A DNA stretch of 64,000 nt from an uncultured cyanobacterium (GCA_963744145.1 CAVUSO010000001.1:1998831-2062830); one strand, 5' to 3'. Positions 21,745 through 31,178 are shown, counted from the first letter of the stretch. Numbers and translations: made by a program. Notes: generated from the letters alone by a model not told the origin.

Positions 21745-21897
21745 ATGCAACTTCCCAAAGTATTTGATCGCACGATTCGATACATCTCTGAGGCAGTTTC
21801 TCGGATTTTTTCTCCTACTGATGATTCTTACCCTGCCGTTGGTATTCAACCTTTTGAAGGCGAAAGTTCTAAAAAATCTCATTCAGATCCAGAATAA
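21745..21897 (+). CDS. Hypothetical small protein (50 aa)
   Basis: Short ORF MQLPKVFDRTIRYISEAVSRIFSPTDDSYPAVGIQPFEGE... in the gap between IS copy 1 and the next gene. No motif recognised. Confidence 0.25.
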   Translation: MQLPKVFDRTIRYISEAVSRIFSPTDDSYPAVGIQPFEGESSKKSHSDPE

Positions 21898-21973
21898 CAT
21901 TTAAACAGTTTGTGTATTCAGTTTTCTTCCACCGATCATTTATCCTCTCCAAGTTATTTTGAGAGAGGAATTT

Positions 21974-22673
21974 TTATTTTAAAAATTGATTTAAGAAAAA
22001 GCAGGTAGCCGCACTACTCACCGGCACAGTAAAATTATCAATGCCAAATTTCGAGAAAGATTCTAATCCCGTCGCAATTACCGCAACTACTAGAGGGATG
22101 AACCAAGTCAGAGACATATTGCCCTGTGTCCCTAGCAAAATTAAACAAGTAACTATATAGGTAATCAAGAACATAGTCAGGGAACCTTCCCAACTTTTCT
22201 TCATTCCCCACACTTGATAGATATGTTGACCAAATGCTTGCCCAATCAGAGCCGCTAATCCATCGCCCCAGGTTCATGACCAAAATTCCCACTGCGGCAT
22301 ACTGAGGTTGGTTGATTGGCCAAAACCAAGCAATTAAGATCCCAATACTGACAGCATAAAAAAAAGTCCCAAAGCTCTTGCGACCAACACTGTTAATCCC
22401 CGGTAAAATGGGGATACGATAGGAAATCAGGGCGATCGCACCAGCAACACCAGCCGCTCCCATCCCAACCCAAGCAGGTATTTCCAGCCACCAGGCGAGC
22501 AAAATTACATTTCCTGTGCCAATATGTACTACTTTGCGAACTATTTCGGGATAAGTTACTTTCTTTAAATGTAAGAATTCGGCAGTAAAGACGACTATAC
22601 CTAACCAACTGCCAACTATTACCAGTTGTAACCATAAAGAGGGGACAGATTCTAACCAGGACAATGTTTTCAA
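21974..22673 (-). pseudogene. Phytol/dolichol-kinase-like (CTP-dependent, VTE5-like) membrane protein gene with a -1/+1 frameshift (extra C near 22247)
   Basis: The upstream part (22038..22673) matches the family until ...GILVMN. The C-terminal part continues in another frame as WGDGLAALIGQAFGQ...WGMKKSWEG (ORF 21974..22213). Removing one C from AACCTGGGG restores ILVMNWGDGLAALIG. Confidence 0.7.
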
Positions 22674-22754
22674 AGTTAATTCAATTTATTTTTATTTGTC
22701 TAAAAGGTGGATTAGTAGACCTCTTGCAAAAGTCCTTATTGATCTATGTTATTG

Positions 22755-22816
22755 ACAGGCAAGATGCCTGTCCCACAAAAGTTATTGATTCTGGTGGGAC
22801 AGGCATCTTGCCTGTC
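22755..22816. promoter_or_regulatory. Perfect 23-bp inverted repeat (GACAGGCAAGATGCCTGTCCCAC ... GTGGGACAGGCATCTTGCCTGTC) with a 16-nt spacer, in a divergent intergenic region
   Basis: Read directly. Each arm is itself an imperfect palindrome (GACAGGCA / TGCCTGTC). Lies between the 5' end of the minus-strand kinase-like gene and the plus-strand yidD. Confidence 0.6.
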
Positions 22817-22910
22817 CTATTTATTTTTGCAAGAGGTCTAGTTATTCTGATTTCATGCCGTCAAATTTTAACATGATAGAAAGTACAACTTATACCACAA
22901 TCAAAAAAAA

Positions 22911-23162
22911 ATGAAAATCTTGCTGATAGGATTAATTCGGGGCTACCGGAGCCTAATTTCACCCCTATTTCCACCTGTATGTCGATATGAACCTACTTGC
23001 TCACGATATGCTTTAGAAGCAATAGAACGATTTGGTCCATGGGTGGGCGCTTGGATGGCCATTCGGCGCGTTCTCCGTTGTCATCCCTTTCATCCCGGTG
23101 GTTATGATCCTGTACCACCATTACCTCTAGCAAAAGTTAAGGATGATCACTCAGCTCATTAA
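22911..23162 (+). CDS. yidD: Membrane protein insertion efficiency factor YidD
   Basis: Conserved [31 protein letters not shown]...[14 protein letters not shown]. Confidence 0.9.
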   Translation: MKILLIGLIRGYRSLISPLFPPVCRYEPTCSRYALEAIERFGPWVGAWMAIRRVLRCHPFHPGGYDPVPPLPLAKVKDDHSAH

Positions 23163-23201
23163 GCAGATACTATCAATTTTTCCCTGTGGTTTGAGGAATT
23201 T

Positions 23202-24176
23202 ATGAATCTAAAAGTAATAGTGATTACTGTATTGCTTGCTTCTTTAGGATTAGTGGCTTTGGTAAGAGCTGGAAATAACGACCCCATTACCCAATTACGA
23301 ACAACTAAACAATGTCAAGGATGTGATTTTAAAAATCTGCAATTGGTCAGCGAAACTTTTCTTGGTGTCAATCTTACTAAGGCTCAATTTGATAGTGCCA
23401 ATTTATTTGGAATTAATCTAAGTGGCTCGCTGATGAATAATGCTAACCTCAGTAATGCTAATTTAGGAGTGGCTAATTTAAGTGGAGCTGATTTGACTGG
23501 AGCGAAACTAAAAAATACCTACTTTTATGCAGCTAATTTAGATAGTGCCAAAATTAGTGGTGCCGATTTTAGTGAGGCATATTTGCGAATGGCAATTTTG
23601 AGTTATGCAACTTTAATTAATACTAATTTGACTAAAAGTGACTTGAGAGATGCTAAATTGAAAGGTGCGATCTTGAATAAAGCTAACTTAAGTGAAGCTG
23701 ATTTAAGAGAAGCTAATTTGAATAATGCTAATCTAAATGGGGCTGATTTGAGTAGAAGTGATTTACGCGAAGCTCAATTGCAAAGTGCGGATTTATCTGG
23801 GGCGAAATTAATTAATTCTGACTTGAGTCAAGCTTATTTAGGTAATGCTAATTTTAGTAATAGTGATTTAAGTCGGGCGAGTTTGAAAGCTGTTAATTTA
23901 GAAGGTTCAACCTTAGAAAAGGCTAATTTGAGTATGGCTGATTTGAGTAATTCTTATTTACCAATGGTTAATTTGAGTGGCGCTAATTTAGTTGGAGCTA
24001 ATTTAACCAATGCAAATTTGACTGGTGCGAATCTGACTGGTGCGAAATTGACTGGAGTTGATTTAACGGGTGCCAATTTAACTAATGCTAATATTACGGG
24101 TGTGGATTTAAGGAATACTAAGCTTAAAGATGCTAGTGGTCTGAAAGTTAGTAAACCGATTACTATTACTAAATAA
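23202..24176 (+). CDS. Pentapeptide-repeat protein with N-terminal signal peptide
   Basis: Signal peptide, then long arrays of A(D/N)LSxA(N/D)LxxA pentapeptide repeats. Confidence 0.9.
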   Translation: MNLKVIVITVLLASLGLVALVRAGNNDPITQLRTTKQCQGCDFKNLQLVSETFLGVNLTKAQFDSANLFGINLSGSLMNNANLSNANLGVANLSGADLTGAKLKNTYFYAANLDSAKISGADFSEAYLRMAILSYATLINTNLTKSDLRDAKLKGAILNKANLSEADLREANLNNANLNGADLSRSDLREAQLQSADLSGAKLINSDLSQAYLGNANFSNSDLSRASLKAVNLEGSTLEKANLSMADLSNSYLPMVNLSGANLVGANLTNANLTGANLTGAKLTGVDLTGANLTNANITGVDLRNTKLKDASGLKVSKPITITK

Positions 24177-24200
24177 CTAGATAGTCAAAAATCAGAATTT

Positions 24201-24908
24201 ATGAAACCTTATCAACAAGTGTTAATTACCGAATGTGGAGAACCCCTGATTCCGATTCCTTTAGAACAGTTTGCGATCGCATCTCCCCATCTTTATCAAC
24301 AATTAGGTGCCCCCTATGGAGAGCGATCGCCTTTTTATTTACGTGCAACTGTTTTAGAGAATTTAATTAAAGCACAAAATTTCCTTCAGCAAAAGTATCC
24401 GGGATGGCAAATTGAAATTTTTGATGCTTATCGACCTGTAGAAGTTCAACAATTTATGGTTGATTATACTTTAAATCAGCTCGCTCACGAACAAGGTTTA
24501 ATCTTAGCAAATTTAACTCCAAGTCAATCTGAAACTCTGCTGGAAAAAGTTTATCAATTTTGGGCAAAACCTAGTTTTGATCTAGCTACACCTCCACCCC
24601 ATAGCACTGGTGCTGCGATCGATGTTACTTTAGTAGATAATTATGGTAATCCGATTGATATGGGTTCTCCGATCGATGAAATATCACCCCGTTCTATTCC
24701 TGACTATTTTCGGAATAGTCAAGAACCAACTCAGCAAAAATATCATCAACATCGACAGTTACTCTATGAAATTATGAATTTAGCTGGATTTCAACGTCAC
24801 CCGAACGAATGGTGGCATTTTTCTTTTGGAGATCAAATGTGGGTTTGGTTAAGTAATCAATCCAATCTTAATCATCATGTTACAGCTCGATATGGCAGAG
24901 TTAGTTAG
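24201..24908 (+). CDS. D-alanyl-D-alanine dipeptidase (M15D, VanX/DdpX-like)
   Basis: Zinc-binding and catalytic motifs (HSTGAAIDVTL, EWWHF). Typical size. Confidence 0.75.
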   Translation: MKPYQQVLITECGEPLIPIPLEQFAIASPHLYQQLGAPYGERSPFYLRATVLENLIKAQNFLQQKYPGWQIEIFDAYRPVEVQQFMVDYTLNQLAHEQGLILANLTPSQSETLLEKVYQFWAKPSFDLATPPPHSTGAAIDVTLVDNYGNPIDMGSPIDEISPRSIPDYFRNSQEPTQQKYHQHRQLLYEIMNLAGFQRHPNEWWHFSFGDQMWVWLSNQSNLNHHVTARYGRVS

Positions 24909-25363
24909 TTAATATTACAGGTTAATCAAATAGTAGTTACTCAGTAACTCACTCTACGATAATTGCCTAAGATGCTATTTTAGAAGTTTTGTTTCTCTTT
25001 GTGTAAAGTTTTGTTTCAAAATGTAACATTACCCCAGATTTGATATAGTTAAATAACTGATACCAATTGATGATGAAGATACATTGATAGGATTGATCTG
25101 TGGGTGGGGGTGGGTTTTGATGATTAGTGGGTAAATAGCAAAAATCTCGGTGAACCCACCCCTACAAAAATCCGCAAATTGAGGATAAAATTGGTAGGGG
25201 CAGGTTCACCAATCAATTCTGTCACCAACAGATATCCATGATAAACCTGCCCTGACCTAATAGATCAACCTCAGATTAAGTGCAATTTCATAGTAAATTG
25301 GTATGAGTACCTAAATCTATTCCAAAATACTACTATTTTCCTTCAATGAAGTCAGGTGTTTAA

Positions 25364-26575
25364 GTGCTGAAAGAACTACATCTAAAATGGATTGGTCTTG
25401 CTCCTAAATTTGATATCGAATTTGGGGAAAGACTCAATATATTTACAGGTGATAATGGTTTAGGAAAAACATTTTTACTAGATCTAATTTGGTGGAAACT
25501 TACGGGCACATGGATAGACACCCCCGTATTTCCTCAACAAATGGAAGAAGAAAAACCAGAAATTCGTTGTTTAATTGAACAACAGCAGCTTAGTTTATTT
25601 CCGGATGAAGACGTCAGTTATTTTGACTTCGATCAACAAACATGGTACGATCAAAACCCTAGTAATACTCAACGAGATTTATATAGTCTAGTCATTTATA
25701 TCCGGATCGATGGAGGATTCTCGCTTTTAGATCCGGCTCGAACTTCTAAAACTGCTTATAATTTTACTCAGGACAATCTTTGGAATGGATTAAAAAGAAG
25801 TAGTGGGAAAGTTGTCTGTAATGGGTTAATTCAAGATTGGGTCAAGTGGCAAAACCAACCCGATCAATCAATGTTTAAACTATTATCGAATGTGATTAGA
25901 CAGCTTTCTCCCCATCCTAATGAATGGATGGAACCTGGAGAACCCATGCGAGTTTCAGTGGAAGATGTGCGCGATATTCCGACCATAAAAATGCCCTACG
26001 GAACTATCCCAGTCATCCACGCTTCAGCCGGAATGAAACGCATCTTAGGACTAGCTTATTTACTGGTTTGGAGTTGGGACGAACACCTGCAAGCATCAAC
26101 ACTGCGTAAACGTCAACCTCTTAACCAAATTACTTTATTAATAGATGAAGTAGAATCTCATCTCCATCCCCAGTGGCAACGATCAATTTTACCATCTGTT
26201 TTAAAAGTAGCTACCGATTTACAGCAGATCATGAAAATTCAAGCTATAGCTACTACCCACTCGCCATTAGTTCTTGCCTCATTGGAACCTGTATTTAATG
26301 AAGAAAAAGACAAATTATTTTTATTTGAATTGCAACAACAAGAAGTTACCCTCAATGAAATTCCTTGGAGTAAACAAGGAGATATAGTTGGCTGGTTAAC
26401 TTCAGAAATATTTGGTTTAAAACAAGCTCGTTCTAAAGAAGCTGAAACTGTGATTGAAGCAGCCGAAGCATGGATGCGACACGATAATATAAATACCTTT
26501 CCTGAAAACTTGAGAACCCCCTCACAAATTCAACAAGAACTAGAACGACTACTTCCGGGACATGACCCTTTTTGA
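25364..26575 (+). CDS. AAA15/ABC-type ATPase, PtuA-like (Septu-like defense ATPase)
   Basis: Walker A GDNGLGKTF, Q-loop region, Walker B/D-loop LLIDEVESHLHPQWQ, H-loop ATTHSPL. 403 aa. The next gene, 6 bp downstream on the same strand, is HNH-like. Confidence 0.65.
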   Translation: MLKELHLKWIGLAPKFDIEFGERLNIFTGDNGLGKTFLLDLIWWKLTGTWIDTPVFPQQMEEEKPEIRCLIEQQQLSLFPDEDVSYFDFDQQTWYDQNPSNTQRDLYSLVIYIRIDGGFSLLDPARTSKTAYNFTQDNLWNGLKRSSGKVVCNGLIQDWVKWQNQPDQSMFKLLSNVIRQLSPHPNEWMEPGEPMRVSVEDVRDIPTIKMPYGTIPVIHASAGMKRILGLAYLLVWSWDEHLQASTLRKRQPLNQITLLIDEVESHLHPQWQRSILPSVLKVATDLQQIMKIQAIATTHSPLVLASLEPVFNEEKDKLFLFELQQQEVTLNEIPWSKQGDIVGWLTSEIFGLKQARSKEAETVIEAAEAWMRHDNINTFPENLRTPSQIQQELERLLPGHDPF

Positions 26576-26581
26576 TCCTCG

Positions 26582-27196
26582 TTGGATTGTCAAAACGGAG
26601 GTACATCGCCCATGATGCGATTTAACCCGCCACCCGAACCGCCAGAGTTTGATCAAAAAGCGCGAAAACCGGGGAATAATTGGTTAGCCAAAAATCCAGA
26701 TCATAAAAGACCCAGAGATTATTGGTCACCCTTTAAAAGCAATTTAGCCGATGCTGCTGGTAACCTCTGTAGCTACTCTGTTATGTACGAACCTATTGGT
26801 ACAGTAGACCATTATTTGAGTTGTGAAAATTATCCTAATCTTGTTTATGAATGGAGTAACTATCGCTTTGCATCAGCCTGGATTAATAGCAGTAAATGCA
26901 AGTTAGATGACCAAGTGCTTGATCCTTTCCAAGTAGGAGATGATTGGTTTGAAATCATCCTTCCTTCTCTTCAATTAATATTAACAAGTAAAGTTCCATC
27001 AGCCGAACGTCAAAGAGCAGAATTTACTTTACAACGCTTACGTCTGCGTGATGATGAACGAGTACTGCGCCAACGTCAAGAATGGTATCAGCTTTACCTG
27101 GATGGCGATCTGACACTGCAAGGACTAGAAAAGAAAGCCCCTTTAATTGCCCGTGCAGTCAGAAAACAGCAGCAAAGCCACTTATTTGAGTCCTAA
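26582..27196 (+). CDS. HNH-like nuclease-fold protein (TIGR02646/PtuB-like) with partly degenerate zinc-finger cysteines
   Basis: Segment GNLCSYSV...VDHYLSCENYPNLVYEWSNYRFASAWINSSK fits the HNH pattern (CxxC ... DH..P ... N ... N..K). The second and distal Cys positions are replaced by Ser, Ala or Trp. 204 aa. Confidence 0.5.
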   Translation: MDCQNGGTSPMMRFNPPPEPPEFDQKARKPGNNWLAKNPDHKRPRDYWSPFKSNLADAAGNLCSYSVMYEPIGTVDHYLSCENYPNLVYEWSNYRFASAWINSSKCKLDDQVLDPFQVGDDWFEIILPSLQLILTSKVPSAERQRAEFTLQRLRLRDDERVLRQRQEWYQLYLDGDLTLQGLEKKAPLIARAVRKQQQSHLFES

Positions 27197-27282
27197 TCAT
27201 ATAGGAAACTTATGCAATTGACACTCCCATGCCTAAAGGCGATGGGATTCTTGAATCAATGACCGCACTTAACCAATTCTGA

Positions 27283-28578
27283 TCACTCAGAACTAGCCAG
27301 AGGCGCAGTCTCCTCAAGCGTTGAAATTCCGGTGTGCCCCACCGTATTTTTAAATCCTAATCCTCTTGCTAATATATTCTTAGCAGCGTTTAAATCTCGA
27401 TGTTCAACTAATCCACAACTAGGACATTTATGAGTACGAGTAGACAAAGATTTTTGCACTCTTGTACCACATTGATGGCAATCCTGAGATGTGAAGTGGG
27501 GAGCTACGGCAAATACATGAACACCAAGTATTTTGGCAAAATAATCAACCCAATCAGTGAACATTGACCATGCTACGTCTGAGATTGATTTAGCAAGTTT
27601 GTGATTCTTCACTAAATTACACACTTTTAAATCTTCGTAGACAATCACATCGCTAGATGTTACTAAACGCCGTGCAGTTCTTACCGCAAATTCTCGACGT
27701 TGCCTACTGACCTTTAAGTGTTTTCTTGCCATCTTATTAATGGCTTTCTTGCGGTTGTTAGACCCCTTTTTCCTTTTGGAAACTCTACGTTGTAGTCTCT
27801 TTAAGGACTTTTCTGACTTCCGCAAGAATCTAGGGTTTTCTACCTGATTACCGTCTGAATCGGTATAGAAATATTCCAAACCTAGATCAATACCAACTGC
27901 TTTACCAGTCGGTGTTTGTGGCTCAGAACGCTCTACCTTAATTAAGAATTGGCAGTAATACCCATCAGCTCTTTTAACAACCCTAATCCGTTTGATTTGC
28001 TCAAGTTGATAGAAATTTAGATCACTAATCCGATGGACGGGAGGATGCGTAGTGCAATATGCTCCTTGAGCTAATGCTTTAACGCCATCGTTTAAACCGA
28101 TTAGCTTAAATGCTTGCGTTGAGCGTAGTCGAAACGTTCCCGCTTTAAAACCATCAGTGAATGTGATCTTTTTTCGATCTTCCGACAGCGCTTTAAAACC
28201 ATCAGTGAATGTGATCTTTTTTCGATCTTCCGACAGTGACCAGCCAGTTTGTTTATATTCAACTGATCTACCACGTTTTTTGAATTTTGGGTATCCTTTT
28301 CGAGGCTTTTGCTCCTTACAGTTTTGGTAGAATCTAGAAATTCCATTCCAAGCACGATCAGCCGAAGCTTGTCTTGCTTGAGAATTTAACTTCTTAGCCC
28401 AGTCAAACTCTTTTGCTAAAGTAGAACAAAGTTTTTGGAGATCATTTTTACTAACACCGCGATTGTCCATCCAGTATCGCAAAGCTTTGTTACGAATAAA
28501 ATTAGCTGTACGGATTGCTTCGTCTAGCAACTCGTACTGCCAATTTTTTCCACTTAACTTTGCTTCTAGTATTAACAT
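27283..28578 (-). CDS. tnpB: TnpB (IS200/IS605-family OrfB, RuvC-like) without adjacent tnpA; carries an in-frame 48-bp tandem duplication
   Basis: RuvC motifs, a C-terminal zinc finger (CHQCGTRVQKSLSTRTHKCPSCG) and DLNAAKNI. The duplicated 16-aa unit is ALSEDRKKITFTDGFK, encoded by 28141..28188 and 28189..28236. Confidence 0.8.
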   Translation of the reverse strand: MLILEAKLSGKNWQYELLDEAIRTANFIRNKALRYWMDNRGVSKNDLQKLCSTLAKEFDWAKKLNSQARQASADRAWNGISRFYQNCKEQKPRKGYPKFKKRGRSVEYKQTGWSLSEDRKKITFTDGFKALSEDRKKITFTDGFKAGTFRLRSTQAFKLIGLNDGVKALAQGAYCTTHPPVHRISDLNFYQLEQIKRIRVVKRADGYYCQFLIKVERSEPQTPTGKAVGIDLGLEYFYTDSDGNQVENPRFLRKSEKSLKRLQRRVSKRKKGSNNRKKAINKMARKHLKVSRQRREFAVRTARRLVTSSDVIVYEDLKVCNLVKNHKLAKSISDVAWSMFTDWVDYFAKILGVHVFAVAPHFTSQDCHQCGTRVQKSLSTRTHKCPSCGLVEHRDLNAAKNILARGLGFKNTVGHTGISTLEETAPLASSE

Positions 28579-28768
28579 AATTTTCTCGGTGTTAATATTA
28601 ACAATATAGCAGATAATTAGCTAATTAGTCAACCTAATTAATAAATTAATTTTCTAATTAATTAATCTTCACGGCCCTTAAAGGAGCCATCCGATTCATC
28701 CCGACCCCTAAAGGAGTGGGCTTTCTCGGTGACAACCTGTAACAGAAAGCAAAACTCAGGCAGAGACA

Positions 28769-28893
28769 CTATCCCAATTTTGGCGTTGCTGATTTACGGT
28801 ATGAATAAATTTGTAGGGGCGTATGGCTATATGCCCCTACGGGATTTTCCAATTAGATCATACCCTGATTAAGCAACGCCCTATCCCAATTTT
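28769..28893. mobile_element. MITE-like miniature element: 22-bp imperfect terminal inverted repeats (GGCGTTGCTGATTTACGGTATG / CATACCCTGATTAAGCAACGCC) around a central hairpin, flanked by 13-bp direct repeats CTATCCCAATTTT
   Basis: Read directly. Direct repeats at 28769..28781 and 28881..28893. Inverted repeats at 28782..28803 and 28859..28880. Central hairpin GTAGGGGCGTATGGCTATATGCCCCTAC at 28813..28840. Confidence 0.55.
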
Positions 28894-29153
28894 CAATAGT
28901 GGGTTTATATAACCATTGCTCAACTTTTAATTCATCAGTATAACTCTTAAAAGCTGGATCAGGCCAAATATGGATTTTTTCACTACAATCTTTAGAGCTG
29001 ATTGCCAAAGAATTAAAGATTATTTTTTAATTAAATAGGGTAAATTATATAGGGTAATCCATCCTCAATCTCATTTATCATTCTGCTGATGCTCATAGAA
29101 GTCACAAAAGCGCCCCCCTAAGATAAGGCGCTTTTGCCAGAGTAATCAGGGTA

Positions 29154-29360
29154 TTACATCTTAGAACCTGACTTTTTTTGTAACATTAGCGGAATTAGGA
29201 CCTGAATCAGCGCGGCAACAGAGCGGATTAAAATAGCGATCGCTAAAATGAGTCCAGTTTCAGTACCCCAATACTGCGGCGGTATAATTGCTTGGCCCTC
29301 GGATGGTATAGTGATCGTCGGTTTGCTTGTGCGGATAATCGGATCGATTTGACCTTGCAT
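29154..29360 (-). CDS. Hypothetical small membrane protein
   Basis: 68-aa ORF with one clear hydrophobic helix (GLILAIAILIRSVAALIQVLIPLML). No homolog recognised. Confidence 0.3.
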   Translation of the reverse strand: MQGQIDPIIRTSKPTITIPSEGQAIIPPQYWGTETGLILAIAILIRSVAALIQVLIPLMLQKKSGSKM

Positions 29361-29505
29361 GGTCTTTCTCCTGTTTGTGGGTTAATTTAAGGAGAAGCTT
29401 GTTGGCCAACTTTGCTTTCCACACTTTTATAATGACTTAGCTGAACGGGTTGCACAGCCTGACTTTCGACTCATTTGTAGCAATACGGGAAAAACTGAGT
29501 CAAAA

Positions 29506-30930
29506 TTGAAGCTAGTAAACGGTAAAGTTGTGATACGTATGGCAAATTCTCTTCCAGCATCCAACTCAGGATTAGAAAGAATTGACGAAGCCAGGAAAAG
29601 GAAAGGATGGAATAAAGACTCGACTATTTGGATTGATAGTGCTAACAAACTACTTGAAGTTACTCCCAAAGGAAGCGTTTCGCGTTCAACTCTGAAACGA
29701 TTTTGGCAAAAGCAGGCGATTCGTCAGGAAAACTTTGCAGCTATTTGTAAAGCTGTCGGGATAGATAACTGGGAAGAGATTGTTGATCATACCCCAACTC
29801 TGCAAACTTCAGCATATATGGAGTTTAGTCTCAATGACGATAAGTGGGTTGGGCGAGAACCTCTAATTCAACAGTTGAGCAATCACATAAATTCTTCCTG
29901 TCGTGTCTTGCTATTGGTTGGAATTACAGGGATCGGTAAAACTGCTTTAGCTGAACGAATAGTACAGGAATTACGGGGTGATTGGAGAGAACACAGGAGT
30001 AATTTTGAAGGTGATAATAAAGCTTCAGATTTTACCAGCGTTGCGTTGCAATGGCTGGAAAAATGGGGGGTAAATATTCCAAAAGAGGAGCGGAACTCAG
30101 AGCAAATATTACGGCGGTTAGTCAAACGCTTGTGCGAAAATCGTTATTTAATCCTGATGGATTCTCTTGAGTACCTATTGATAGGAAATGAAGAGGATGG
30201 CTGGGGTGATTTTGCTGATGAGTGGTGGGGGAAATTTTTTGTCAGTTTCTTAGCAGAAGCATCTTGTCAAAGTCGTTTCATTCTTACATCTCAAGATTTG
30301 CCAACTAAGTTTGAGACGGCAGAATGCGATCGCTATAAAAATCTCTGGTATTGCCAACTTTTGAAAGGGTTAGAAATACCCGAACAAATGGCGTTATTTC
30401 AAAAATTTGAACTAGATGGCGATTTGGAATTACCACATAGTCCCATGCGAGTGATTGGGGAAGTTTATGACGGACATCCTTTGGCATTGGGGACAATTGC
30501 CGGAGAAATTAAGGAATCTTATGGTGGGAAAGTCAGAGCTTACTGGAAAGAGAACAGTCGTTATATTGAAGAGGTAAAAGAGGCTATTGACGAAGCTCGG
30601 AACCAAGGCATCGTAAAAGGGGATGAAGATAGGTGGCAGTTAGCATCATACACAAAGGTCTTGCGACGGAAAGTCAAAGAACGAATTGAGAAGACATTTG
30701 AACGGTTAAAAAATGACGTATATGATGCCTATTTTTTACTTTGTACTGCTTCAATATATCGCTGCGAAGTCAAAGAAATATGGTGGCTGATTAATTTAGA
30801 AGATGAGGGATACAGTGAGGATCAGCAAAAGGCTGCTATTCAAACTTTGCGAGAACGGTATTTAGTTGAAGATAGAGGAATTGACGATGAAGATAATCGG
30901 TTGGTAGCAATACTCCGGACACTTTGGTGA
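29506..30930 (+). CDS. STAND-class NTPase (NB-ARC/AP-ATPase domain) with N-terminal HTH-like domain and no C-terminal sensor repeats (likely start at MANSLPAS, about 29539)
   Basis: P-loop VGITGIGKTALA, Walker B LILMDSLE, RNBS-B-like FILTSQD, GxP motif GHPLALGTIAG. N-terminal about 80 aa is HTH-like (SRSTLKRFWQKQAIRQENFAAICKAVGI). Ends after the winged-helix region. Confidence 0.7.
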   Translation: MKLVNGKVVIRMANSLPASNSGLERIDEARKRKGWNKDSTIWIDSANKLLEVTPKGSVSRSTLKRFWQKQAIRQENFAAICKAVGIDNWEEIVDHTPTLQTSAYMEFSLNDDKWVGREPLIQQLSNHINSSCRVLLLVGITGIGKTALAERIVQELRGDWREHRSNFEGDNKASDFTSVALQWLEKWGVNIPKEERNSEQILRRLVKRLCENRYLILMDSLEYLLIGNEEDGWGDFADEWWGKFFVSFLAEASCQSRFILTSQDLPTKFETAECDRYKNLWYCQLLKGLEIPEQMALFQKFELDGDLELPHSPMRVIGEVYDGHPLALGTIAGEIKESYGGKVRAYWKENSRYIEEVKEAIDEARNQGIVKGDEDRWQLASYTKVLRRKVKERIEKTFERLKNDVYDAYFLLCTASIYRCEVKEIWWLINLEDEGYSEDQQKAAIQTLRERYLVEDRGIDDEDNRLVAILRTLW

Positions 30931-31178
30931 GAGAAAATTATTTATAGGTATAATTGACTAACCAATAGTTTTCGGCCAATAGCCAAAAGACAGACTGGGA
31001 CTAGCCGAAAACCTGATTTGGCAGATATTTTCGATTCTGAATCGTTTTCTACTTGAACAATTTTCTGGCCAAATCAGGCAACCGAACGGATTGGGCGCAA
31101 TTTTTTCCTTACTGAGATCACCAAAAAAATATCGATCGTGAGAGAATTTACTATGTAAATTCGACCCGACCGATAATT

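Noticed and set aside
25924-26109. Internal 61-aa ORF within the AAA15 ATPase gene
   Set aside because: Alternative-frame ORF fully inside a well-supported CDS.
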